Shown: positions 19,409 to 29,923, counted from the first letter of the stretch. The stretch is 64,000 nt of DNA from Clostridia bacterium (GCA_017409455.1 JAFQSS010000021.1:45673-109672), one strand, 5' to 3'. The notes: a model not told the origin generated them from the letters alone. Made by a program: numbers and translations.

Positions 19409-19728
19409 TATACTTTTAGAAAACGCTGAAATATTTTTATATCTTCTGAAATATTTGTTTTTAGCTCCTCTAAAAAAACATAATTCATTTTATTCAAATA
19501 TTTTAGTGCTATATATTTTTGTGCTAAAGCATATTTTTTCTTTTTACTAAGAAAGAATTTATGGTTCTTCCAGGCAATTTTATTACACAAATATAATTCT
19601 TTATTCCATATTATACGTGGCCTTGAAAAGCCTAATAATTCATATAAATTTTCTAAACATCCTCTACCAAATAACACATAATGATGTTCATATGGTTTAT
19701 TGCACAATTTACATCTTTTTTCACTCAT
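19408..19728 (-). CDS. Small Cys/His-containing hypothetical protein (possible zinc ribbon)
   Basis: 106 aa with CKLCNKPYEHH...GRGC at the N-terminus. Its stop overlaps the start of the next ORF (ATGA), implying translational coupling. Confidence 0.5.
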   Translation of the reverse strand: MSEKRCKLCNKPYEHHYVLFGRGCLENLYELLGFSRPRIIWNKELYLCNKIAWKNHKFFLSKKKKYALAQKYIALKYLNKMNYVFLEELKTNISEDIKIFQRFLKV

Positions 19729-19776
19729 AAATTTTCTCCTTTTATTACTCTCATTTTTTCGACATAAAATTACCTC

Positions 19777-21059
19777 TTATGGTTTTAGTGCTGTAATTGG
19801 TACAACATATACTCCATCAGGTCTTCTATATATAGCATTTGAAAGTCCGCATATTACACAAAGTACAGAAGGAGCTTTACCGTTTTCCTTTTCGATTTCC
19901 TGTTTTAAATTTAATAAATTTTTAGCTGCTTCTTCAATTTTATTAGCTCCAAGTTTTATTTCAAAAGCGCACCATTCTCCATTTTCTAGTTCTATAACAC
20001 TATCTATTTCTCTGTTTTGGTAATCTTGGTAATGATAACATTTAGCATTAAAGCTATCTGCATATATTTTTAAATCTCTTTCTACCATTGCCTCAAATAA
20101 AAAACCAAATGTTTCTAAGTCATTAATCAACTTTTCTTCTTCTGCTATGTTTAATAAAGCACATGCAATAGATGGGTCAGCAAAATGCCTTTTTTCTGAT
20201 TGTTTTACTCTTATAGAAGAACGAATACTAGATGAAAATGGTTCATCATTATCTAATAAGTATAACCTGTCTAATGCATTTAGATATGATGCTAGTGTAT
20301 CTATATCAATATCTTCATTATCAATTTCATTTATATCTTTTTTTAGTGTCATATTAGAAACTGTTGTGCTTTCATTTCTTGCAAGAGATTTTAATAACAA
20401 TTTTACTTTGTGCTTATCTCTATTTATTCCATCTAATCTATATAAATCATCATCTATTATTAAATCTATATATTCCTTTATTACCTCACTTGAATCTTTA
20501 GCAGTATAGTTTAAGTTTCCTGGCCATCCACCTCTAATTATTAGACTTGCAAGGTATCTTAAATCAACTTCCCCTGTTAATTTTTGTTTTATATTATTAT
20601 TGCACAATTCTTTCAAAGATACGTCTCCTGTTGAATCTCCAGATTCAAATAAGCTCATTGTTCTTAAATAAATTTTTCCATATCTTCCTGCCCCACTATG
20701 AGATATTCCTTTTCTATTCGGTGTTGAAGATCCCGTTAAAATATACTGACCTTTTAATCCGGTTTTATCAACATCTGTTCTTATTTCATCCCATAGATTT
20801 GTAGCTTCTTGCCATTCGTCAATTAATTTGGGTTTTTTTCCCTCCAAAATCAATGAAGGAGATATTTTTGCAAGTTCTACGTTATTTGATGCTTCTCCAG
20901 TTGTTTTATGCAAAAGCACCTCACTATTAGAATGATAGCGTCCTGCCCACGTTTTCCCACAATATTTAGGACCTTCTATACAAACAGCTCCAAATAATTT
21001 TAAATAATGTTCTATTTTTTCATCTGCAATTCTTCTCTTATAGTTTTTTATTTCCATAT
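19777..21059 (-). CDS. AAA+ ATPase (AAA_14 plus DUF4143 architecture)
   Basis: Walker A GPKYCGKTW. The preferred start is MEIKNYKRR at 21059 after GAGGAGG, and the ORF-track N-terminal extension is unlikely to be translated. Confidence 0.75.
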
Positions 21060-21311
21060 TTTCCTCCTCAAATTTATTTTTTTCTTCTATACTTATTTTA
21101 TACCATTCCGTGACTTTTGTCAAATTTATTCCGTGATATTTTTTATATTTATTCCGTCTCATTTTAAAAATATCTTCAACTTAGAAGAAATACTTTCAAG
21201 TTCATTGTGCATTGACTTTTCAATAAAAAAGTTATATAATATTGTTGCTTTTTAGTACAAGATTATTTTGTAGTCTATTCTAAAATAAAATTTATTTAAG
21301 GAGTGTTAGTT

Positions 21312-21743
21312 ATGCTTAGTAGAGATCAAAGACAAAGCATTCGGCGCATATATCTTTTTGAGTATGCGTGAAGAGAAAAAAACGGGAAACCTATTTCCTT
21401 AAATGGAAACAACTTTGTTGTTCCTTCTCTCACTGAAGTCAAAGAATCTGTTTTTCAAGAAATTTTAAATCTCGGTTTTACTAGCATTGAGCTAGTTGAA
21501 CCCAGTAAGGCAAACTGTATAATCAGAGTTTTTCAGAAGCTGCATTATCATTATGATGTTGATTTGACCTACAATGTTTATGGTGCTACTTGTTACACCT
21601 TAAATAATGTAGGTCAATGGGTTACTTCCATAGCAGATTTTAAAATTGATTATTCTAAGTATATACTCAGACATTGGTTATGCCAAGATGAGTACATCGA
21701 TTTTGACCTTGACTTCTTTGATTGCTATGTCAAAGTAAGCTAA
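21312..21743 (+). pseudogene. GC-rich orphan ORF interrupted by an in-frame TGA at 21369-21371
   Basis: Strong promoter (TTGACT-18-TATAAT, about 21212-21245) and an AAGGAGTG RBS, then ATG at 21312. The frame is open for 143 codons except for a single TGA at codon 20. The downstream 123 codons contain no Met, which explains why the gene is absent from the ORF track. TGA is a genuine stop elsewhere in the window. Confidence 0.45.
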
Positions 21744-21785
21744 CTAAAAACAGAGGAATTTTCAAAATGAAAATTCCTCTTTCTC

Positions 21786-23378
21786 TTATTCTTCTAGCAC
21801 TTTAATAGCACATTTAATTCCATCAACAGCTGCAGTCATAATACCGCCAGCATATCCAGCACCTTCTCCACAAGGGTATAAGCCTTGTACATTAATAGAA
21901 TTTAATGACTCCTTTTCTCTTGTAATTTGAACAGGTGAAGAACTTCTTGTTTCTACTCCTGTTAATATTGCATCATTATCTGCAAATCCGTGCAATTTTC
22001 TGTCTAATCCTACAATCCCTTCTTTAAGCGTTTCGGAAACAAAATCTGGTAATATATCATTTAAATTTGCCATTGTAACACCTGGCATATATGTAGGTTT
22101 AACTTTACCAAATTCAGCACTCACTTTATTTTGCAAGAAATCTCCTACTCTTTGGACAGGTGCATTATAGTTACTTCCACCTAATTCAAATGCTTTTATT
22201 TCTAAATCTTCTTGAAAATACATTCCATCTAATGGGCTGTTTTTATAAAAATCATCAACTGTTACATTTACTAATACAGCACTATTTGCATTTACTCCAT
22301 CTCTTGCAAAATTGCTCATTCCGTTTGTTACTATAGAATTTTCTTCTGAATTTGACGCCATAACCTGTCCACCTGGACACATACAAAATGTATAACACGT
22401 TCTTCCATTTTGTGCATGATAAACAAGTTTATAATCTGCTACCGGCAATTTTAAAGCAGTTTTATCTCCATATTGTGCTTTATTTATATCGTCTTGTAAA
22501 TGTTCTATTCTTACTCCTACCGCAAAATTCTTTGGTTGTATATCTACACCTAATTCATATAATTTTTTAAATGTATCCCTTGCACTATGTCCTATTGCAA
22601 GAATAACACTATCTGTTTCTATTCGTTTAGAACATATTACAGCTTTAATTTTTCCATTTTCTATTTCAAAATCTGTCACTTGTTCATTAAACAAGACTTG
22701 TCCACCATTTTGAATTATATATTCTCTTATATTTTTTACTATTTTTCTTAAATTATCTGTTCCTATGTGTGGTTTAGCTGTATATAAAATCTCTGCAGGA
22801 GCTCCAAATTTCACAAATTCTTCTAATACTTTTCTTGAATATATATTAGGTGAATTTCCTGTGTTTAATTTTCCATCTGAAAATGTACCTGCTCCGCCTT
22901 CTCCAAATTGTATATTTGATGATGGACAAAATTTCTTATTTTGTATAAACTCTTCTACATCTTTTATTCTTTCTTCTACTTTTTTGCCTCTTTCTAATAT
23001 AATTGGCTTAATTCCATTTTGTACTAATATTAGAGCTGCAAATAATCCTGCTGGTCCTGCACCTATTATTACGGGAGCATATTTACTTTTCCTTGAAACT
23101 TTAATTTTTGGAAATTCATATTCTTCAACTTGCTCATATCTCGCTTCTTTTATTTTGTTTTTTAATTCTAAATCTATTGTATAATTATAATAAATATCTT
23201 CTTTTTTTCTTGCATCAATTGATTTTCTGTAAATATGCCATCTTTCTACTTCTTCTGGTTTTATTTTATTTTTAAAAATAGCTTTTTGAAATACTTGCTC
23301 TTCTGTTAAATTTTCTCTAATTTTTATATCTCTTATTCTTATCATATTACCACACTCTTTCGAATAAAATTTTACCAT
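21786..23378 (-). CDS. FAD-dependent oxidoreductase (uncharacterised FAD-dependent dehydrogenase family)
   Basis: VIIGAGPAGLFAALILVQNG dinucleotide-binding motif in a roughly 520-aa protein. The start is ambiguous between 23378 and 23348. Confidence 0.7.
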   Translation of the reverse strand: MVKFYSKECGNMIRIRDIKIRENLTEEQVFQKAIFKNKIKPEEVERWHIYRKSIDARKKEDIYYNYTIDLELKNKIKEARYEQVEEYEFPKIKVSRKSKYAPVIIGAGPAGLFAALILVQNGIKPIILERGKKVEERIKDVEEFIQNKKFCPSSNIQFGEGGAGTFSDGKLNTGNSPNIYSRKVLEEFVKFGAPAEILYTAKPHIGTDNLRKIVKNIREYIIQNGGQVLFNEQVTDFEIENGKIKAVICSKRIETDSVILAIGHSARDTFKKLYELGVDIQPKNFAVGVRIEHLQDDINKAQYGDKTALKLPVADYKLVYHAQNGRTCYTFCMCPGGQVMASNSEENSIVTNGMSNFARDGVNANSAVLVNVTVDDFYKNSPLDGMYFQEDLEIKAFELGGSNYNAPVQRVGDFLQNKVSAEFGKVKPTYMPGVTMANLNDILPDFVSETLKEGIVGLDRKLHGFADNDAILTGVETRSSSPVQITREKESLNSINVQGLYPCGEGAGYAGGIMTAAVDGIKCAIKVLEE

Positions 23379-23441
23379 ATTTTATTGCAAAAATAAAGTA
23401 TTGTGATATAATTTATCATATATCTTAATAAGGAGGTCATT

Positions 23442-24134
23442 ATGGAATATATTTTAAATTTCTTTGATTCATTTTGGGTTGAAGCTGTTTTTAGATTAGT
23501 CTTAGGCTTTATGTTAGCTGGATTTATTGGGTTAGAAAGATCTTCATGGAGTAAGCCTGCAGGCTTTAGAACACATGCTTTAGTTGGCTTAAGTGCTGTT
23601 TTGGTTATGTTATGTGGAGAATATTTAGCTAAGAACTATAATATGGATCCATCAAGAATTCCTGCTCAACTATTATCTGGTATAGGTTTTATAGGTGCTG
23701 GTACAATATTAAGAGATGGATTTAATGTTAAAGGACTTACAACTGCTGCAGGACTTTTAGCTGTTACTTGTGTTGGATTAAGTATCGGTGCAGGTTTTTA
23801 TCTTGGTGGTATAGTTACAACACTTATTGTTTACATTATATTATCTCGTTCTTATAGAGTATCTGATAAATTAGACCATTTTGGTATATTAGATTTACAA
23901 ATATCAATAGATAAAGAGCCTGAAGAAACTTTAACTCAAGTTGAAAAAGTTTTAAGTTATTATAATATAGAAATTAAACAAATGAAAAAGGTTGGCGAAG
24001 ATGACGAGAGTAATGAACCTACACTCTTTAATATTGTAAGTCAATATAATAGAAAAAGTACTAACAAAAATGAGTTACTAAAAAAACTTTCTTTAATTAA
24101 AAATGTTCGTGGAATTTCTGAAGCAGAAACATAA
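23442..24134 (+). CDS. mgtC: MgtC/SapB family membrane protein
   Basis: N-terminal ...LVLGFMLAGFIGLERSSWSKPAGFRTHALVGLSAVLVM... signature, followed by a C-terminal soluble domain. Confidence 0.75.
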   Translation: MEYILNFFDSFWVEAVFRLVLGFMLAGFIGLERSSWSKPAGFRTHALVGLSAVLVMLCGEYLAKNYNMDPSRIPAQLLSGIGFIGAGTILRDGFNVKGLTTAAGLLAVTCVGLSIGAGFYLGGIVTTLIVYIILSRSYRVSDKLDHFGILDLQISIDKEPEETLTQVEKVLSYYNIEIKQMKKVGEDDESNEPTLFNIVSQYNRKSTNKNELLKKLSLIKNVRGISEAET

Positions 24135-24160
24135 AAACTGACTTTTAAAGTCAGTTTTTC
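24135..24160. terminator. Bidirectional intrinsic terminator
   Basis: AAAAACTGACTTTAAAGTCAGTTTTTC is a perfect hairpin flanked by A and T runs. Confidence 0.75.
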
Positions 24161-24516
24161 TATTTTATAAAATTTAATATTAATTCTATTATTATGCTTA
24201 CTTGTGCTATGCCAGCTAAATTACCCGTTATAAATCTTCTTAAATTTGTGGATTCTCTTATTTTTTTATATTGAATAAACCAGTCTAAAAACATTATTAA
24301 TAAAAATAATAATCCAATATAAATAGATATTCTTATTCTTGCTAAATATAATATAATTCCTATTATTTGACCAGTTAATATCCCTGTACATCTACTACAT
24401 ACAGGAAATTGCCATCCTTTTATCGAAAAACTTCTATCTTCTCTTTGATGACATCCAGCTCTATTTCCCAACCTCATAAAAAAGGCCCATGTTTTTATTT
24501 TTGTACTTTTTTTCAT
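24160..24516 (-). CDS. DUF2085-like membrane protein
   Basis: ...AGCHQREDRSFSIKGWQFPVCSRCTGI... Cys motif plus TM helices. Confidence 0.55.
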   Translation of the reverse strand: MKKSTKIKTWAFFMRLGNRAGCHQREDRSFSIKGWQFPVCSRCTGILTGQIIGIILYLARIRISIYIGLLFLLIMFLDWFIQYKKIRESTNLRRFITGNLAGIAQVSIIIELILNFIK

Positions 24517-24719
24517 TAAAATCTATACCCACAATCGTTACATATGTTTGTTGTTTTTGTAAATGTTGTACTTCCTGTGTTGCATAATCCACAAAGTATT
24601 CCTGGCCATCCGAATAGCAGATATCCACAACACGCATCTCCACCATCAAATCCTTTTGTATGAGTTTTGGTATCTATTATACTTGATATACTTTCACTTC
24701 CACATCTTGGACATCTCAT
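24516..24719 (-). CDS. Small zinc-ribbon protein
   Basis: CPRCG ... CNDCGYRF pairs of CxxC. Overlaps the downstream gene start. Confidence 0.55.
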   Translation of the reverse strand: MRCPRCGSESISSIIDTKTHTKGFDGGDACCGYLLFGWPGILCGLCNTGSTTFTKTTNICNDCGYRF

Positions 24720-24779
24720 ATTATTACCTCCATTATTTTATTTACGAATTCATTATTATTATAAACATTAATTTATCTT

Positions 24780-26351
24780 TTATTTCAAATGATACAAATC
24801 ACAGGCATTTAGTCTTTCTAAATATGTCCAAGTTTCTAATCCTGTTGCTTTTCTTAATTTTTCTAAAATTTCATCATTTTCTTGTCCTTCGTTAATAAAA
24901 ACAATTATTCCTTTTGAAATGTCTTTATTATTAAAAATTGTTTTTATGTTTTGTTCTGTATATTCCATATCTCTAGCAATATATGATTCATTTAATATTG
25001 AAAATAATAGTATATCATCTAGAAATCTATTATTTTCTGAATTAAAGCAATAAATAGTTGGAAGGTTTAATTCTTCTCCTAATTTAGCAACAATTTCTTT
25101 TTTGTTTGAATATGCAACTTCTGACTCAATTTTGAATACAATTGGAGAAATTAATATTGCTACTAGAAATACTATCATTATTATATTTGATGCTTTTTCT
25201 TTAAAAATATTGAATAATAATTCACTTAAATAATATATCATTATTATAAAAATTGGTGTACATACTGGCATTACATATCTTAATTCTATCCAAGGAGATG
25301 CTACTGCTACTAATGTAAAATAAAATAATGTTGGGAATAATATATATTTTGCATATGAATTGCTATTTTCTATTAATTTTTGTTTTTTAATTAATTTATA
25401 TATTGCAAGTATAATTAATGCTACAGCTATTACATACATCAAATTATTAAATACATATAAATTTATTTTTTTCAAATATTCTTTTATACTTTCAGCAAAT
25501 TGTGGAATATTAATTAATTTACTTATTACGCCTTGACCTCTATATCCAAAAAACATATGTTGTATTGAATATGGAAATATTAATAAAGATAATATACCTG
25601 CAATTCCCATTGTTACAGTATAATATATTAATTCTTTATGTCTTTTTTCTTTTAAATATTTTATTGCAAACATTAAATATAGCATTGCTAAATAGAATAA
25701 ATAATAGTAATGTGTAAGTGAACCTATGAATGCTGATATTCCTATTAGAACTAATAATTTAGGTTTTATTTCTTTACTATCATATAATTTTATATGTAAA
25801 AATGCTGTTATTAATATATTTAATGCTGATAATGCATACATTCTTATATATATTACATTTGTTAATGATGACATTGTTATTGAAGAAATTAGTGCTAATA
25901 TAATTGATTTTTCTTTACATAATTGTTTTCCTTCAAGCAGTTTTTGTAATATTAAATATGTAAATATTGTTATAAAAATATATATTATTATATTTATTAT
26001 TATCCCTGGCCATTTTGAAAATGAATTTATGCTAAATCCCATAGCTATTCTTAGTAATATATAATATATTGGTGGATGTACATCATTTTTTTGATTTTCA
26101 TATACTTGGCTATATTCACCTATTTCATCATCATTTACTACTAAATAATCTTTATAATATTCTTTATTATGCCAATTACCATAAAAATCCTCATTGTCTT
26201 GGATTTCTACTTTATCGTAACTTGCTAATCCTAATGAATATGCTTCATCCATATGTATATATTCTTTGTTTGCTCCAACTATTATAAATATTATTGTTTG
26301 TATTATTAAAACAATTCCAATTATTAATATTTCTCTTTTTTTGTTTGACAT
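24780..26351 (-). CDS. GT-C fold membrane glycosyltransferase (PMT_2/ArnT-like)
   Basis: About 11 predicted TM segments. A DE motif in the first loop (YIHMDEAYSL) and an HPPIYY motif are typical of the PMT/ArnT family. C-terminal soluble domain. Confidence 0.55.
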   Translation of the reverse strand: MSNKKREILIIGIVLIIQTIIFIIVGANKEYIHMDEAYSLGLASYDKVEIQDNEDFYGNWHNKEYYKDYLVVNDDEIGEYSQVYENQKNDVHPPIYYILLRIAMGFSINSFSKWPGIIINIIIYIFITIFTYLILQKLLEGKQLCKEKSIILALISSITMSSLTNVIYIRMYALSALNILITAFLHIKLYDSKEIKPKLLVLIGISAFIGSLTHYYYLFYLAMLYLMFAIKYLKEKRHKELIYYTVTMGIAGILSLLIFPYSIQHMFFGYRGQGVISKLINIPQFAESIKEYLKKINLYVFNNLMYVIAVALIILAIYKLIKKQKLIENSNSYAKYILFPTLFYFTLVAVASPWIELRYVMPVCTPIFIIMIYYLSELLFNIFKEKASNIIMIVFLVAILISPIVFKIESEVAYSNKKEIVAKLGEELNLPTIYCFNSENNRFLDDILLFSILNESYIARDMEYTEQNIKTIFNNKDISKGIIVFINEGQENDEILEKLRKATGLETWTYLERLNACDLYHLK

Positions 26352-26361
26352 TTGTTTTCTC

Positions 26362-27444
26362 CTATTTAAAAATATTTTGATTTAATACAACCGTACTATA
26401 TAAGAATAACACATCTTGGTCTTCAAATTCAATAAATTGACCTAATAGTTTACTTGACATATATCTTATATCAATTAAAGTAATTTTACTGTAATTTTCA
26501 ACTAATAAAGGTGCTAAACTACTTCCAAACGAATCTCTAAACAATAATAATTCTTTTGCTGTTTTTGCATTTGGATTTTCTATAGTAATTAAAGTAGTTG
26601 CTCCTGATACAAAGATATCATATCTATCTGCAGAATTTGTTTCTGTATATATTGGTGCTGTTTTTTTCTTCTCAACATTATAAGTTGTACATTTTTTTAT
26701 TGTTTCATTTGTAAGTATGTATAAATTGTCTGGTTCAAGTTCTATTCCAAGTTGTCCATAATATGTTCCATAAAATTCGCCTTTATCTTGTTTTTCATAT
26801 TCTGTTTTTATTTTTTCAAGTCCCATATTATTTTGAATTATTTCCACTACTTGTTGTAAATTTTCTTGTTTCCAGTGTAAATCTGTTTTATAGTAATCTT
26901 CTAATTTTAGTCCTTCTGTTACATCAATATATTTTAAGCCTTGTAGTTCTGTTTCTACAATGTTTTGTAGTTTGTTATAATCAATTTTTAAATGGTCATC
27001 ATTTTCCAAATAATAATTTTTATCTGGTATTATTGAATAATACACATTCATATCTTTCAAATAATTATCATATACATTTTTAATTTTTTGAGCTGATTTT
27101 TCTACATTGGCTTCTTTTAATGGATATTCCATTTTGTAAATTGCTCCATCTATTTCAAATAAATTATTATTATCTTTTTGCCTAAATATATTTCCACTCC
27201 AAAGTGATTTTATAGTTCTAAAAAAATCTCTGCTGATAAATTGATCTTCTGCATATTTTTCTAGTTTGTCCATAAAATCTCCGTTTAATATTCTTTTAAT
27301 TGTTATTTCTGGAAATTGTGCTAATTTTCTTCTTTCTGTTATAGAAATTTGTTCATCTTTTGCTATTAGATTAATTAAAAATATTGCAATTATTATTACA
27401 ACGAACCCTATTGTAATTATTATATTTTTTGTTTTATTTTCCAT
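26362..27444 (-). CDS. DHHW-family protein (SGNH/AlgX-like partner of the MBOAT acyltransferase)
   Basis: N-terminal TM anchor and a D-L-H-W motif (YKTDLHWKQ). Immediately downstream of an MBOAT gene, as is typical for DHHW proteins. Confidence 0.6.
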   Translation of the reverse strand: MENKTKNIIITIGFVVIIIAIFLINLIAKDEQISITERRKLAQFPEITIKRILNGDFMDKLEKYAEDQFISRDFFRTIKSLWSGNIFRQKDNNNLFEIDGAIYKMEYPLKEANVEKSAQKIKNVYDNYLKDMNVYYSIIPDKNYYLENDDHLKIDYNKLQNIVETELQGLKYIDVTEGLKLEDYYKTDLHWKQENLQQVVEIIQNNMGLEKIKTEYEKQDKGEFYGTYYGQLGIELEPDNLYILTNETIKKCTTYNVEKKKTAPIYTETNSADRYDIFVSGATTLITIENPNAKTAKELLLFRDSFGSSLAPLLVENYSKITLIDIRYMSSKLLGQFIEFEDQDVLFLYSTVVLNQNIFK

Positions 27445-27453
27445 TTTTGCCTC

Positions 27454-28839
27454 CTAAAATCTAAAATATAAAAATGGATTAAATGACCCATCTATTATAT
27501 AACTTGTACATATTACTAATATTAATAATAAGTATATTGGTTCTAATATATTTGTAAATTTACTTAATTTTTCTTTATTTGCAATATTTTTAAAAATTGG
27601 TGTAGCTCCAATTATTCCTATTAATAGAACTACAAAATAGCTTTTAAAATAATATAAACTTTCTGCTGAAACTATATTTTTAGTTGATATACCTACAAGT
27701 CCACCTATATTTTGTAATATTTGTGATATTCCATCTCCACTAAATATTATAAAACTTATAGCTACAATTACTAATACATAGATTCTAGATAAAATTTTAG
27801 GAAGTTTTTCTAAATATTTACCTAAAATTACTTTTTCTATAATTAGTAAAATTCCAAAATATAGTCCCCAGAATATAAAGTTCCATGCAGCACCATGCCA
27901 TAAACCTGTTAATAGCCATACTATCATTATATTTCTAAGCCATTTTACTTTACTTACTCTATTCCCTCCAAGAGGTATATATATATAATCTCTAAACCAT
28001 GTACTTAAAGATATGTGCCATCTTCTCCAAAAGTCTGTTACACTTGTTGCTATATATGGATAATTGAAGTTTTCTAAAAATTCAAATCCAAACAATTTTC
28101 CTAATCCTATTGCCATATCTGAATATCCTGAAAAGTCAAAATAAATTTGTAACATATTTGATAATGCATACATCCAGTAAAATAGCACACTTGAGTCATT
28201 TGTTGTTAGAAATATATTTGTTAATTCACCTAGAACGTTTGCTATTAAGACTTTTTTACCTAATCCTATAACAAATCTTCTAACTCCTAATGCAAATTTT
28301 TCAAAACTATATTCTCTGTTTTCTATTTCTTCTTCAATTGTTGTATATCTTACTATTGGTCCAGCTATTAATTGTGGAAATAGCGAAATGTACATTGCTA
28401 ATTTAAAAATATTTTTTTGAACTTTTGCTTGGCCTCTATATACATCTATTGTGTAACTTATCAATTGGAATGTATAAAAAGAAATTCCTATTGGTAGCAC
28501 AACATATATAAAATCTATTTTGTTTGTTAGCCAAAGATTTATATTTTGAATTAAAAAATTCATATATTTAAAATATATTAATATTCCTGCTGATACACAT
28601 ATTGATAATATTAAAAATAATTTTGAATGTTTTTTATATTTGTCCATCAAAATTCCAAAAATGTATGTAGATATAATTGATGCTATCATTACTAATACAT
28701 ATTTAGGTTCGCCCCAAAAATAGAAAATTAATGATGCTAATAGTAATATCATATTTTTCCATTTATTTGGAACTATATAATATATTCCTAATACTATTGG
28801 TAAAAAATAGAATAGGAAAGTTATACTTGAAAATACCAT
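27454..28839 (-). CDS. MBOAT family membrane-bound O-acyltransferase (DltB/AlgI-like)
   Basis: Multi-TM protein with the conserved ...YIPLGGNRVS...LWHGAAWNF... histidine motif. Confidence 0.85.
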   Translation of the reverse strand: MVFSSITFLFYFLPIVLGIYYIVPNKWKNMILLLASLIFYFWGEPKYVLVMIASIISTYIFGILMDKYKKHSKLFLILSICVSAGILIYFKYMNFLIQNINLWLTNKIDFIYVVLPIGISFYTFQLISYTIDVYRGQAKVQKNIFKLAMYISLFPQLIAGPIVRYTTIEEEIENREYSFEKFALGVRRFVIGLGKKVLIANVLGELTNIFLTTNDSSVLFYWMYALSNMLQIYFDFSGYSDMAIGLGKLFGFEFLENFNYPYIATSVTDFWRRWHISLSTWFRDYIYIPLGGNRVSKVKWLRNIMIVWLLTGLWHGAAWNFIFWGLYFGILLIIEKVILGKYLEKLPKILSRIYVLVIVAISFIIFSGDGISQILQNIGGLVGISTKNIVSAESLYYFKSYFVVLLIGIIGATPIFKNIANKEKLSKFTNILEPIYLLLILVICTSYIIDGSFNPFLYFRF

Positions 28840-28910
28840 GTTTTATACTCCTTATAAAACAATATCGCCGTATTTTTCACCGGCGATATCTTTATTGCTT
28901 TTTTATTTTA

Positions 28911-29528
28911 TTACATTGCTGCAGGCATGTCTCCATCTTCTGCTGGCAACATATCCATTCCTGGTAACATATCTTCTGGCATTTCTGGTTCTTCAGCAGA
29001 TCTTTCAAATTCTTGTCCTACTGAACCGGCTAATGTTTTGAAACTGTCATAAACTGTTTTTGCAGTTTGTTCATTTGACATTACAAGACAAACTACATCA
29101 CCACTTGCTACACTATAAATTTTTTCAGCTGTAACACAAATCCATTTTCTTTCATCAACGTTTTCATTCATTGATTTAGCAATAGCATCTGCATCTACAC
29201 CATCTTTTACTTTTACAAGCATTAATGAATATGCTTGTGATGTCATCATTGGTTCTGATGCTACTACATATTCTATATCATTAATGTTTTCAAGACCTGT
29301 AAAATATTTTACTGTTTCAGCATCAGTCATATCTAATTCTTGTGTCATTAGCATTGGCATTTCTATTGATACACCTTCATATATTTGATCAACTAATGCT
29401 GTTAAATCTTCAGCACTGTTAACACTTAAATTTGAAGCTGGTTTTGAATTCATCATAAGAATTACTCCAACTAATGCTACAACAGCTACTGCTACTACTG
29501 CAAGTATAATTTTTGTTGTTTTGCTCAT
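28911..29528 (-). CDS. DUF4358-like secreted/membrane-anchored hypothetical protein
   Basis: ORF 28911..29570. The likely start is MSKTTK at 29528 after AAAGGAG. One TM helix and an acidic C-terminal tail (PEDMLPGMDMLPAEDGDMP). Confidence 0.55.
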   Translation of the reverse strand: MSKTTKIILAVVAVAVVALVGVILMMNSKPASNLSVNSAEDLTALVDQIYEGVSIEMPMLMTQELDMTDAETVKYFTGLENINDIEYVVASEPMMTSQAYSLMLVKVKDGVDADAIAKSMNENVDERKWICVTAEKIYSVASGDVVCLVMSNEQTAKTVYDSFKTLAGSVGQEFERSAEEPEMPEDMLPGMDMLPAEDGDMPAAM

Positions 29529-29923
29529 GTTATTTCTCCTTTCATTTGTTAATATGGGGGCATACCCCATTTCACAAACTCATTATACTATAACCTCAAA
29601 AAATATGCAACTATTTTTATATTTGTTTTATAGTTTTGCCACACATTCCTGAAACTCAATTATATATTTTTTTAATTTCGTGATTGGTGTGAATTTTCCG
29701 TTTTTATTTTTACTATTTTATGGTTAAAAAAAACACCATATTCTATTATTTTTAACAACAAAACTCTTAATTTCAGAAGAATTTTGGCCCATTTAGTTGT
29801 TATTTTTGACAATTTATGGTGTTAAAATACACCATAAATTATTGAATTTAAAAACTTAAATCTAAAAAATTGCTTAACTTCCCAAAATTTATATTTACCT
29901 TCATACAATTTTATAACAAAAAA

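Noticed and set aside
21369-21371. In-frame TGA as selenocysteine or reassigned codon
   Set aside because: TGA is used as a genuine stop by other genes in the window (for example 5975..6328 ends in TGA). No obvious SECIS-like hairpin follows. Low GC sporeformers use the standard code. A nonsense mutation or sequencing error is more parsimonious.
29553-29569. GC-rich palindrome ATGGGGGCATACCCCAT in the DUF4358 5' UTR as a riboswitch or terminator
   Set aside because: Too short, with no U-tract on the transcribed strand. Possibly a simple UTR hairpin. Not enough evidence for a call.
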